Positions 1 to 8,649 of a stretch of DNA of 64,000 bases are shown here, piece after piece (positions within the stretch are counted from its first letter, which is position 1; each line of letters starts with the position of its first letter). The stretch covers positions 160,001-224,000 of the forward strand of contig JBFXJJ010000002.1 in NCBI GenBank assembly GCA_050175015.1. The letters run 5' to 3'. This DNA is from Alphaproteobacteria bacterium. Its GTDB lineage: Bacteria; Pseudomonadota; Alphaproteobacteria; JBFXJJ01. The notes below the pieces were generated by a model. It was not told the DNA's origin, did no database searches, and saw nothing but the letters and a program-made list of their open reading frames with translations. Made by a program: the position numbers and the translations under genes.

Positions 1-1239
1 AACCCTGTTTCGACCGTCTTTTTTGGCCTTATACAAAGCATCGTCAGCTTTTTTGATAACGTCCTCAGCCGAAGAATCAACTCTCCCCTTTTCTGCAACT
101 CCCATTGAAACCGTAACTTGGACAGTACTCTTTTGAGCCTTTTCCTTATCTTTAGAACGCAGGCGAAATTCGGTTTGCTCAATCTTTTGACGAATTTCTT
201 CTAAATAGTCTTTTGCTTCATTTTTGCTTTTGCCAGGAAATAATATTGTAAATTCTTCACCGCCATAGCGATATGCTTTTCCGCCGCCGCCCACAGAAAA
301 CAAGTTGCTGGCTACCATTCGCAACACTTGATCTCCAACGTCGTGGCCATAAGTGTCATTAAACTTTTTAAAGAAATCAATATCTGCCATAGCAACCGCA
401 TAACGGCTTCCCAGCTTTTTCAAATCCGCTCCTAAGGCTTGTCTTCCTGGGATTCCTGTTAAGTGATCGTGAAATGCCATATTATAAGAATCTTGAATTA
501 TGGAAGCTAAAATAATCAAAATAGATGCGAGGAAAAACTCAACTGGCATCTTATCGCCAACAAAATGAAGTCCAAAAAACAGCGTAATCGTAACCGTTAA
601 AAAACCACAATCCATTGGTTTGCCTGTAATTGATGCCTTAACCATAAACCACAAAAAAGATACCAAAAATGCTGTCAATCCCACTTGGGGAATTGGCGTG
701 CTTTTAAAACTATTTTGGAAAATTTCCATATTAACAAAGTCATTGAGATTTTGAGCAATCTTTAAAAACCTTGCCGCATAAGGATCGTCGGCTTGATAAA
801 ACGCCATAAAAAAGACTAACGCTGTTTGAGCTATTAGAAATAATATTTTTAAAAAACCTTGAAACGTTAAAAGTCCTCTCTCCTCAAGATACGAAAATAT
901 GATTAGATTTAAAGGGGCTAAAAAACAATATGCAGGAAAGAATACCAAACTGTACAAATCAGCGCCTAATCCATTGGAAAGCTTTAGATAAATTAAGAGA
1001 TAGCCCAAGAATGAAACTAAAGAAATAAACAATGCCTTAGTTTTATTGAACCACCAAGAAAGGACAATTGCGATGGCAACGGAGATAAAAAAGAAATAAT
1101 GAATCATAAAAAAGCCGAATTTAGGCATCTGAGGGAAAAGCGCTCTGACGACTAAGGCTCCAGCTAAAAAAAAGGTCGGAACGGCTGCCGCTTTCGCTAT
1201 TTTTAAATATTCTAAAAGTTTTTTTGCTCGACTTTGCAC
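1..1239 (-). CDS. Membrane-anchored diguanylate cyclase (GGDEF); 3' end runs off the window
   Basis: Not in the ORF track. Manual translation from a probable GTG at 1239 gives hydrophobic N-terminal helices, then DID.FKKFND.YGH, RYGGEEF (~250-270) and K..GRNRV at the window edge. Confidence 0.88.
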   Translation of the reverse strand, partial: MQSRAKKLLEYLKIAKAAAVPTFFLAGALVVRALFPQMPKFGFFMIHYFFFISVAIAIVLSWWFNKTKALFISLVSFLGYLLIYLKLSNGLGADLYSLVFFPAYCFLAPLNLIIFSYLEERGLLTFQGFLKILFLIAQTALVFFMAFYQADDPYAARFLKIAQNLNDFVNMEIFQNSFKSTPIPQVGLTAFLVSFLWFMVKASITGKPMDCGFLTVTITLFFGLHFVGDKMPVEFFLASILIILASIIQDSYNMAFHDHLTGIPGRQALGADLKKLGSRYAVAMADIDFFKKFNDTYGHDVGDQVLRMVASNLFSVGGGGKAYRYGGEEFTILFPGKSKNEAKDYLEEIRQKIEQTEFRLRSKDKEKAQKSTVQVTVSMGVAEKGRVDSSAEDVIKKADDALYKAKKDGRNRV

Positions 1240-1374
1240 CTTAAGCTCCCGATATAACAATCGCCCGCAAGAATTGTCCTTTGCGAGTTAAAAAATGTTC
1301 CATTTCTTAAAAGAACTTAAACTAAAAAAGTTAATAATTATGTTATAAAATCAAAAAAATCTTTAAAAATTTTG

Positions 1375-2253
1375 TTACCAAACAAAATAAGGCACCGCCG
1401 CTCTTGGAAAAACACCATAATGCCTTGCTAAATCTGTAATATTTTCACTATCAGGAAGAGCGCCCAACGTCATTTTTATTTCTCGGCGGTGAACTCCAGA
1501 GGCAATTAAAACGCTGTCCAAACCAGCTTTATCAGCCCCGATTAGATCTGTTTCAAAAGAATCACCTATTACAACGGTACGTTCTTTGTAAATATATTCT
1601 GGAAGTCCTTCTAAACAGTATTTAAAAACTCTGGGATCAGGTTTTCCTCTTCTAAAAACCACTCCGCCCAAACGTTCATAATAATTGGCGATGCTTCCAG
1701 AACCAGGAACCGCAACGCCAGAAGCAATGCCTTTAACATCAGGATTGCAGCAAATCATCGGCAGCCTTAAATCTACAGAACGTTCTAAAACTGGTCTTAA
1801 TGATGTTTCATCAGCCCCAGAAAAAGGAAGTCCAGTTAATAAAATAAAGTCAGCTTCTGCAATGGTCGGCGTTTCTTTGTAATTTAAACCGTCAACTATC
1901 CCTGTTATTCTTTTAGCGCCAATATGAAAATAATTATATCCTAGATTTTTAAAAAAAGAATCTTGGCGAGCCTTCATTTCATAATGAATAACTTCTCCTG
2001 ATGACAAAAGACCATAATAAAGATTACGTGTAAGTCCAACAGCCTCAAGAGTAGATGCGACAATTTCCGAGCGCCTTGAAGAATTTGTTAGAAAAACAAC
2101 TTTTTTATTGGCCTGCGACAATGCTATTAACGCATCAATCACACCATCATAAGGTCTGTTTCCTTCAAAAACTACTCCCCATAAGTCGACAATAAAAGCA
2201 TCATAGTTATCAGCTAAGTTTGAAATTCCAGATAATACGGGGATATTAGTCAT
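1375..2253 (-). CDS. HAD-superfamily class IIA hydrolase (TIGR01459-like)
   Basis: DLWGV motif I, LTNS, NPD, GKP and IGDS..TD motifs. Confidence 0.88.
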   Translation of the reverse strand: MTNIPVLSGISNLADNYDAFIVDLWGVVFEGNRPYDGVIDALIALSQANKKVVFLTNSSRRSEIVASTLEAVGLTRNLYYGLLSSGEVIHYEMKARQDSFFKNLGYNYFHIGAKRITGIVDGLNYKETPTIAEADFILLTGLPFSGADETSLRPVLERSVDLRLPMICCNPDVKGIASGVAVPGSGSIANYYERLGGVVFRRGKPDPRVFKYCLEGLPEYIYKERTVVIGDSFETDLIGADKAGLDSVLIASGVHRREIKMTLGALPDSENITDLARHYGVFPRAAVPYFVW

Positions 2254-2265
2254 AAACTCTCTTCT

Positions 2266-3396
2266 TTATTGCTGGCGCATATCATACCCAACCGCATCTT
2301 GAACAGACTGAAAACCATCTGCTCTCAAAAGTGCGGCAAGTTCTTTTCTAATTTTTTTAACAACATATGGCCCATTATAAATAATCGCAGAATAAACCTG
2401 CACTAAAGATGCCCCTGCTCTAATTTTTAAATAAGCGTCTTTTCCTGAAAAAACACCGCCTACCCCAATTATAGGAATCTGCCCTTGAGTGTGATAATAC
2501 ATCTCTTTAATTAAATGGGTGCTGACTTCAAAAAGAGGCTGCCCAGATACCGAAGTTTTAAGTTTAGTATCGACCTTCTTGCTTGTAAGGGTTTCCGTTA
2601 ATCTTTTGGAGCCGCCAGCAACCACAATTCCATCAATATTATTAGCAATAGCACATTTTGCTGTGGCTTCTTTGCTTAAATCGCTCAAATCTGCCGAAAC
2701 TTTAAGAAGAAGTGCAGGCTTAGTAATTGGTGCCACAACATCAATTGCTTTGCGCAGACGTGATAGCAACGCATTAAGACTGTTTTCAACCTGATATTCT
2801 AAAAGTGATGCCATATTGATTGCAGAAATATTGATTGTTACATAATCACAAAAAGGCGCAACCGCACGCAAAGCTTTTTCATACTCCCCAACAGGATCTG
2901 TTTTGCCGATATATTCGCCTTTTTTATCGATTTCCACAATGGAACCTTCGCCAATACTAACGCCTACAATATTTTTGCGGGCTCTTCTGGCTGTAAGCTT
3001 TGCTGCCGCTTCTTTAGCCCCATCATTAGGAAAACCAATGGTCGCATCAGATATAGCAAGATCGCTGGAAAGACGAATGGTCGCCCTTTTTACTTTTTCA
3101 CCGTCAATAGTTATAGTTCCAACTTCACCAAAACCAAAACCGACATCTGATAAGTCATCAATAACTTCGATGTCGGGATCATAGCCAGCCGCAACGCCTA
3201 TGGGATTAGGAAAGTTACGATTCCACAAAGACACCTTTAAAATAGGATCGTCTCGCATTGGAGGTTCAGAAAAAGAACCGTCCTTTAAAAGCCAATGCTG
3301 CCATTTACGAGCAGTTTCAGGATTGCACCCTTTTAATACTGGACCTAAAAAATTCCAAGGGTTTTGGGTCATCTTCTTCAGAAAAAAACCAGCCAT
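2266..3396 (-). CDS. pyrD: Class 2 (quinone-type) dihydroorotate dehydrogenase homolog with degenerate active-site motifs
   Basis: NPIGVAAG, GFGFGEVGT, IIGVGG and GASLVQVYS are retained; NISSPN is NISAIN, INRMGFNN is absent and TNTT is AGGS. Confidence 0.75.
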   Translation of the reverse strand: MAGFFLKKMTQNPWNFLGPVLKGCNPETARKWQHWLLKDGSFSEPPMRDDPILKVSLWNRNFPNPIGVAAGYDPDIEVIDDLSDVGFGFGEVGTITIDGEKVKRATIRLSSDLAISDATIGFPNDGAKEAAAKLTARRARKNIVGVSIGEGSIVEIDKKGEYIGKTDPVGEYEKALRAVAPFCDYVTINISAINMASLLEYQVENSLNALLSRLRKAIDVVAPITKPALLLKVSADLSDLSKEATAKCAIANNIDGIVVAGGSKRLTETLTSKKVDTKLKTSVSGQPLFEVSTHLIKEMYYHTQGQIPIIGVGGVFSGKDAYLKIRAGASLVQVYSAIIYNGPYVVKKIRKELAALLRADGFQSVQDAVGYDMRQQ

Positions 3397-3470
3397 ATAT
3401 TTTCTCCAATTATATCTTTATTTCATATTTTTAAACATTTTATCCTAAAAATACAATATATGATATTCAT

Positions 3471-3902
3471 TCAGTCAATATTATTATAAAAAAGCTTATC
3501 TCCAATCTCTAAACAAGGAGCCTTTCCTCTTGCCCACAAAGGGTATTCAAAAACATCGTGAAAGATTGTTGCGCCTTTAGTTATGTCATCTACAGCGTTA
3601 TGAAGTTTTTTCAATGAAATCCTTTTGCATATATCAAAGGCTTTATCATCTTTCGGAATATTATTTAAAAGGAAATAATCATAACTATGTTTATCCCAGC
3701 AAGAAAACAACTTCGAATCCATACAAATAGTTGTCAGTTTTGTATTTGAAGATGATTTCTTTACTCTGTTAATAGCCACACAAGCCATAGCTTCCATCAT
3801 TTTTAAGGAATCATTGTGAGACATTCCATAAATAGTTTTTGCTAAAACTTGCCAATCTTTATTTTCTTCATTTTCTTGTTTTTTTTGCTTTACTTCTTCC
3901 AT
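3471..3902 (-). CDS. SleB/Hydrolase_2-like cell wall hydrolase homolog, catalytic Glu substituted
   Basis: LAKTIYGMSH (family: LARTIWGEAR), VAINRV, FSCW, DITKGAT, P.WA, IG..LFY. Confidence 0.75.
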   Translation of the reverse strand: MEEVKQKKQENEENKDWQVLAKTIYGMSHNDSLKMMEAMACVAINRVKKSSSNTKLTTICMDSKLFSCWDKHSYDYFLLNNIPKDDKAFDICKRISLKKLHNAVDDITKGATIFHDVFEYPLWARGKAPCLEIGDKLFYNNID

Positions 3903-3930
3903 TTCTTAAATCTCCTTAAAACTTTTAAAT

Positions 3931-5418
3931 TTATACTTCAAAATTAGTTTCTGCCTCAAAATTGCCGCTGCAACCACGCCAATCACCTTTTGATGCCGCT
4001 CTGCCATAAGCTTTTATTCTTATCGGTTCTGATGAGATACAGCCTGCAACCGCATCTAAGCCATCATCACGACCTTTTCCGCCAGGAACCCAGTTCCGCA
4101 TCTCCTCAACAAAAGGTGTTGCTAAAACGCTTTTGTGAACATTTAAAGCTTTGTCTGCCAGCAGAGCGTCAAAAGCTTCCATAATTCTGATGTCTTTTGC
4201 TTTACGGCTGTTTTCTTCAATCACACTGCACGCAACGCCAGCCTTTGCCAATTTTTGGCGCAGGATTCCAGGTAAGAATCTGCCAATGCCATTTTTTTCA
4301 ATTCTAATTGACGGTAAAAAATATCTTGAGGCGAAAGACGCAACCTTTTGACATTGAATACTTGCAGCCTTATCACTGTCATCGGCATTGACTTCTAAAT
4401 AACGCACCCGATAAAGCCAAAGAGAACCGTCTTCTGCGGTAAATACGCAGGCAATTACACTACCATCGCCCTTGTTTGCTCCCACACCATAAGCAGGATC
4501 CCACCAGCAGGAGGCAGAAACCAGCCGTTTATCACCTAATTTTAATTCCATTTTTCCTTGAGAAAATGCAGTTTCGATTTCGTTATCAAAAATCACAAGA
4601 TTTTCGACATCAAGCCTGCCGTCCGTTATATTAACTGGCTCTAACATCATTTGACTTAAAAATGATTTTTCACCATTGCGTCTTCTTATCGCTGCTATAC
4701 GGGAGAGCGAAAAACGTTCAGGCCAGCTGCTTTGTCCTGATTCATCTAAAATCGGTATCTGCAATTTATCAAAACCCAATAAAAAAGGCTCATTATCAAT
4801 ATGAGCCTTGTCTTTTTCTGTCTGATAAATCGTATTAAACGTGTGGGGCGTTCCGATATAAAGCACCATTCCTTTCGGCGTTATTATGTAGTCAAGTTCC
4901 TTTAGTTTTTCCCTAAGATCCTTTCTTTTAAAAGACGTATCCGAATTTTTAGGAACCTCAATATCATCGCAAATAATAATATCAGCTCTTGAACCCGTGA
5001 TATTGCCGCCAAGACCTCTTGCCAAAACCGACGGATCTCTTAATTCTGCTCTTCTTGCTATGATAAAGCTGTCTTTCCCCCATTGCTCTTTTTTCAAAGG
5101 AATTAAATGACGGGTCAAATCGTGCCTTTCAATAATACGCTTGATATTACGCACCATTTTTCTTGCCAGCTCTTGATCTGCTGCCATTACTAAAATGCGT
5201 AAATCAGAATTTTGAAGCAAAACCCAAGCACAAAACAAACCAACAATCGTTGATTTTCCAGAATTACGAAAAGCCATAAGCAGAGCTTCTCTTTTCTTGC
5301 TATGCCAAATTTTAGTCAGCCATTTAACTATAATTCTTTGATGCTTCGGAATTTCAAGTCCTTGAGCTTTGTTCCAAATCCAAACAAATTCTAAAAAATC
5401 AACTTTTGTTGTCATCAT
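3931..5418 (-). CDS. Terminase large subunit, T7 gp19-like
   Basis: AFRNSGKST Walker A, TGSRADIIICDDIE Walker B (nearly identical to the T7 motif), YIGTP, nuclease WDPA and DDGLDA. Confidence 0.93.
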   Translation of the reverse strand: MMTTKVDFLEFVWIWNKAQGLEIPKHQRIIVKWLTKIWHSKKREALLMAFRNSGKSTIVGLFCAWVLLQNSDLRILVMAADQELARKMVRNIKRIIERHDLTRHLIPLKKEQWGKDSFIIARRAELRDPSVLARGLGGNITGSRADIIICDDIEVPKNSDTSFKRKDLREKLKELDYIITPKGMVLYIGTPHTFNTIYQTEKDKAHIDNEPFLLGFDKLQIPILDESGQSSWPERFSLSRIAAIRRRNGEKSFLSQMMLEPVNITDGRLDVENLVIFDNEIETAFSQGKMELKLGDKRLVSASCWWDPAYGVGANKGDGSVIACVFTAEDGSLWLYRVRYLEVNADDSDKAASIQCQKVASFASRYFLPSIRIEKNGIGRFLPGILRQKLAKAGVACSVIEENSRKAKDIRIMEAFDALLADKALNVHKSVLATPFVEEMRNWVPGGKGRDDGLDAVAGCISSEPIRIKAYGRAASKGDWRGCSGNFEAETNFEV

Positions 5419-5705
5419 TCATCTTCCATATCTGCTAAAGCCGCTCTGGCATCAGCTATTAACTGTTCAGCAATATCATCTTGGCTCGGCTCATCTTGCG
5501 TTTTTTCTGCCCATTTCATAAGCTTTAACAAGGTATCAATATGAGCCATTGCAGCTTTGCAAGCTGAGTGATAATTCGCAAACCCCTTGGCGTCCATTGG
5601 CGCTTCGGTTTTTGAAAAAAGCTCATATCCCAAAATGGCTTCTGAAACTTTTTGCGGAATAATCATTAGTAAATGTTTTTTCAAATCTTCACTTGAAAAT
5701 GGCAT
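5415..5705 (-). CDS. Probable terminase small subunit / conserved phage protein
   Basis: 96 aa helical protein overlapping the terminase large start (ATGA coupling); position equals T7 gp18. Function inferred from position. Confidence 0.55.
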   Translation of the reverse strand: MPFSSEDLKKHLLMIIPQKVSEAILGYELFSKTEAPMDAKGFANYHSACKAAMAHIDTLLKLMKWAEKTQDEPSQDDIAEQLIADARAALADMEDE

Positions 5706-5742
5706 AATCTTTCTCCTTTAATATTTTTTCCTTCAAGAAATC

Positions 5743-6147
5743 TTATTTAAGATTTTTCTTAAACAGACTATCAGCAATTTTTTCACCACTGCGCCCCACG
5801 ACATAGCCGCCAACACCGATATTTAAAAGCTGCCAAAGTTCATCAGGCATATCTAAAGTAACTGATGCCCCAAATAATGCTTGAGCATAAGGTGCTATTA
5901 AAAAATTGTTGATTAAAATTGCCGTAATCGAGAGCATTAGGATAGGACGCCACTGCGATGTCAGCGTTTTTTGACTATTGGCTTCTGCCAAAACAATATT
6001 GGCTGCCGCCTTATCCATTTCCGCAGAATGACTTAATATCTGCATTTGAGCTTCATTCTTAGCCTTTTCGGCGGCTTCCTTATCGGGAATAACTTTGTCG
6101 ATTACACTGCTTATAACGGGTAGGATTGCTGCTAAAATTGCCGTCAT
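5743..6147 (-). CDS. 3TM holin (GTA_holin_3TM-like family)
   Basis: IDKVIPD..A..KA, IVLAEA.S, WRP, LWQLL..G.GGYVVGRSGEK family signature. Confidence 0.85.
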   Translation of the reverse strand: MTAILAAILPVISSVIDKVIPDKEAAEKAKNEAQMQILSHSAEMDKAAANIVLAEANSQKTLTSQWRPILMLSITAILINNFLIAPYAQALFGASVTLDMPDELWQLLNIGVGGYVVGRSGEKIADSLFKKNLK

Positions 6148-6176
6148 ATCTTTTTCCTTTCATAAAATTTAGCCAT

Positions 6177-6198
6177 AAAAAAAGCCCCTTGCGGAGCC
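6177..6198 (-). terminator. Intrinsic terminator between lysozyme and holin
   Basis: Minus strand GGCTCC-GCAA-GGGGCT followed by a T run; GNRA loop; G-U pairs work only on the minus strand. Confidence 0.7.
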
Positions 6199-6225
6199 AC
6201 ATAAAAGTTGCCATTTATTTTAATT

Positions 6226-6636
6226 TCAGCCTTGTTTAATCATCTGGGCTATTCGAGTTGACCTTAAGCCCACCTGTTTTGCCCAATCACTATTAAGCGC
6301 TTCAATAGCCGCTTTTTCAAAATCGCCAAACTCCATTGCGCTCAGCATCTTTTTAAAACCAAGAAGCCTTTTGATACCTAGGTTAAAGCACATATTGGCA
6401 AGCGCTCGTTGTCTTTTCTCTGACATATTCCGCCACCAGCTAAAATTTTTATCTAATTCAAATTCCACGTTTTCAATATCGTTTTCTAATAGATAAAATG
6501 CCTCATCTTTGGTGATGCCAACATCTTCAATATTGCGCCCGATACCGATAGTTAATTTGCCCTTGCTGCATAAATAAGGTTTTAACTTAAGCCCCTCATC
6601 TATGAGTAAATCTTTTTTAAGTTCCTCGTTATTCAT
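6226..6636 (-). CDS. Phage lysozyme (GH24, T4-like endolysin)
   Basis: DEGLKLKPY.C..GKLTIGIGRN, NMCFNLG, S.WAKQVG.R. Confidence 0.92.
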   Translation of the reverse strand: MNNEELKKDLLIDEGLKLKPYLCSKGKLTIGIGRNIEDVGITKDEAFYLLENDIENVEFELDKNFSWWRNMSEKRQRALANMCFNLGIKRLLGFKKMLSAMEFGDFEKAAIEALNSDWAKQVGLRSTRIAQMIKQG

Positions 6637-6893
6637 TTATCCAACCTTCCCCATAAGCCATAAACCATTGCCGCTAAAAGCGCCGTTGTTGATAATCTTA
6701 CAAAAGTCTGCCAAGCTACACTTTTGGTCGCCCGCCAAGCATCAAGCAAGTTCTTTATCTCTTTAATATCATCTTGAGAAAAAGCCTTTTCTACACCTTT
6801 TTCGACTGCTGTTTCCAATACTTTTTCAAACTCTTCTCTTGGCATACAAACAAAACCGCCTTCAGCACAAGGAGTTAAAATTTCTTTTGTCAT
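6633..6893 (-). CDS. DUF6127-like phage membrane protein (holin-like position)
   Basis: MPREEFE..LE.A.E.G, DIKEI..LL.AW...K..AWQT.VR, single C-terminal TM; overlaps the lysozyme start. Confidence 0.7.
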   Translation of the reverse strand: MTKEILTPCAEGGFVCMPREEFEKVLETAVEKGVEKAFSQDDIKEIKNLLDAWRATKSVAWQTFVRLSTTALLAAMVYGLWGRLDK

Positions 6894-7055
6894 CTAGCTC
6901 TCCTCTTCTTCGATTGCTTGCTCTATTTCCTCACTTGTTGGTTTTACCTGAACTTCATCAAGCCAGATTAAATCATCAAAGGTGTCGCCATTTAAAGTCC
7001 ATCTAGCATTGATGCGGATTTTCATTAAGGTTTGAATTATTTGTTCGTGTGTCAT
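6894..7055 (-). CDS. 53-aa phage protein, tail-fibre accessory-like (below ORF-track cutoff)
   Basis: MTHEQIIQTLMKIRINARWTLNGDTFDDLIWLDEVQVKPTSEEIEQAIEEEES; its ATG overlaps the tail-fibre stop and its TAG abuts the next ATG. Confidence 0.8.
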   Translation of the reverse strand: MTHEQIIQTLMKIRINARWTLNGDTFDDLIWLDEVQVKPTSEEIEQAIEEEES

Positions 7056-8143
7056 ACTGCAATCTCCTTGATTGTTAATGTTACAGGGGTTGTAGTACTA
7101 GAAGATATAGACACCGTTGACCCCACCGTTCCTACAGCCATAACTCTTAATTTAAAATTTTTAGTCGTTAATGATGTATTGTTTATAATTGCTCTTATAT
7201 ATAAAGGAGCGTCAACAAGGGCTTCCCCTGTACTCTTACTAACTGATCTAAAGCCGCATTCTGCTGTATTTAATTGAGTCTCGTTATTTACATCATAGAT
7301 TTCAGCTCTGCCTAACAAATAGGCATCAGCTTTATCAGCTCCATAATAATATTGATTAAAAATTCTATATCCGCTGGCTTCAATGATTAAAATCGAATTT
7401 GAAGACTTCGGGGTGTATGCTAATGTCAAGACAGCTTGGAACTCCTGCTCAGTCGTTGTTAATGAAGACGTCCTTGAGGACATTTTAAAACCAATCTGCG
7501 TTCCTGAAGCTGTAAGAATTTCATCTCTTGCTGCCTCGGCTGCTATTTGGGCGGCAACAGCTTCGCCTCGATAACCATCGGCTGCGCTTTCACTACTGGC
7601 AGCGCTTGCTGCACTTGAAGCTGCCAGCTCGGCTTGAGCCGTTGCGCTAGTAACAATGGTATCAAAATTATCGCTGCTATTGATAAGACCATCACCGTCT
7701 TCATTCCAAAGAAGAGCCTTGCCTGCATTGGGGGACGGCATCTCGGTATTTATATCCGCCGCATAAGCTGGCAGTTTGAATGCTCTTGAAATACTGTCAT
7801 CAATCTGCTGAATTGCAGCCGTTTGAAAATCAAGTTCATCGTTAATAACCTTTGCTCTAAAAGCTCCACCTGTTTGAAAATCTGATGTTCGTTCTATAAC
7901 CAGATTTCTAAGAAGCGTTACTATGGTCCCTTGCGTTGGAGCGGTATCTAAAACAATCTCACCGCCTCCGCTTTCTCCTGCACCAGAGATACTAAAGCCT
8001 GTGGTTATCTGCTCACTATCAAGCCAAACCTGCAAATCCTCGTCTTTAAAAATAGGAAAAGAATAAATAAAAATGGTTTGTTCTCCATCTGCTTCATAGC
8101 GTATTCTTGGAGTTACATCTCCAATAACAATATGTTCTGTCAT
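7052..8143 (-). CDS. Tail fibre protein with T7 gp17-like N-terminal anchor
   Basis: Y.ADG.QT.F.YSFPIF..EDL.V, R.SDF..GG.FRA..IN.ELD, Ala/Ser-rich linker, beta-rich C-terminus. Confidence 0.85.
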   Translation of the reverse strand: MTEHIVIGDVTPRIRYEADGEQTIFIYSFPIFKDEDLQVWLDSEQITTGFSISGAGESGGGEIVLDTAPTQGTIVTLLRNLVIERTSDFQTGGAFRAKVINDELDFQTAAIQQIDDSISRAFKLPAYAADINTEMPSPNAGKALLWNEDGDGLINSSDNFDTIVTSATAQAELAASSAASAASSESAADGYRGEAVAAQIAAEAARDEILTASGTQIGFKMSSRTSSLTTTEQEFQAVLTLAYTPKSSNSILIIEASGYRIFNQYYYGADKADAYLLGRAEIYDVNNETQLNTAECGFRSVSKSTGEALVDAPLYIRAIINNTSLTTKNFKLRVMAVGTVGSTVSISSSTTTPVTLTIKEIAV

Positions 8144-8169
8144 TTTTTAATCCTTCATAAAAAAATCTT

Positions 8170-8649
8170 TTAAAGAAGTGAACCTGAAGAACCTAAGACG
8201 TTGTTATAATATCTTAAGTTATTCATAGCACTGCTGTAGTTTATTGAGTTTAAATCCATAAGATTCTGGCGCTTTTCGTTGCTTAAAGAACGAGTTACTT
8301 GAGATATTTTGTACTGATCCATTTCTTTATCATAATCAGCATCTTCATCAGATCTTTTAGCCATACCCATTTGTACTGCCGCCGAAGAACCGCCGCTTCC
8401 AACTCCAGAAGCTCCCATTGCCGCTCTTTGCGTAGCCAGTTCTGCTTTTAAAAGATTAAGCCGCTTTTTTTCTCTTGCCTCTGCTGTAGTTTTGATATTT
8501 TCAATACTAGCTTGTGCGGCTTCTTCCTGAGCAGCCTGTGTTGCTGCCACGTTTTTTGCCTGAGCTTGATACTGCTTATTAGTTTGGTATTGTCCCAACA
8601 AGCCTGTTCCAACTCCAGCAATAGCTGTCGCTGCCTGTAATGCTCCCAT
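8170..8649 (-). CDS. Internal virion protein, T7 gp14-like
   Basis: Gly/Ala-rich N-terminus, QRAAMGASGV.SGGSS motif, located right after tail tube B. Confidence 0.7.
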   Translation of the reverse strand: MGALQAATAIAGVGTGLLGQYQTNKQYQAQAKNVAATQAAQEEAAQASIENIKTTAEAREKKRLNLLKAELATQRAAMGASGVGSGGSSAAVQMGMAKRSDEDADYDKEMDQYKISQVTRSLSNEKRQNLMDLNSINYSSAMNNLRYYNNVLGSSGSLL

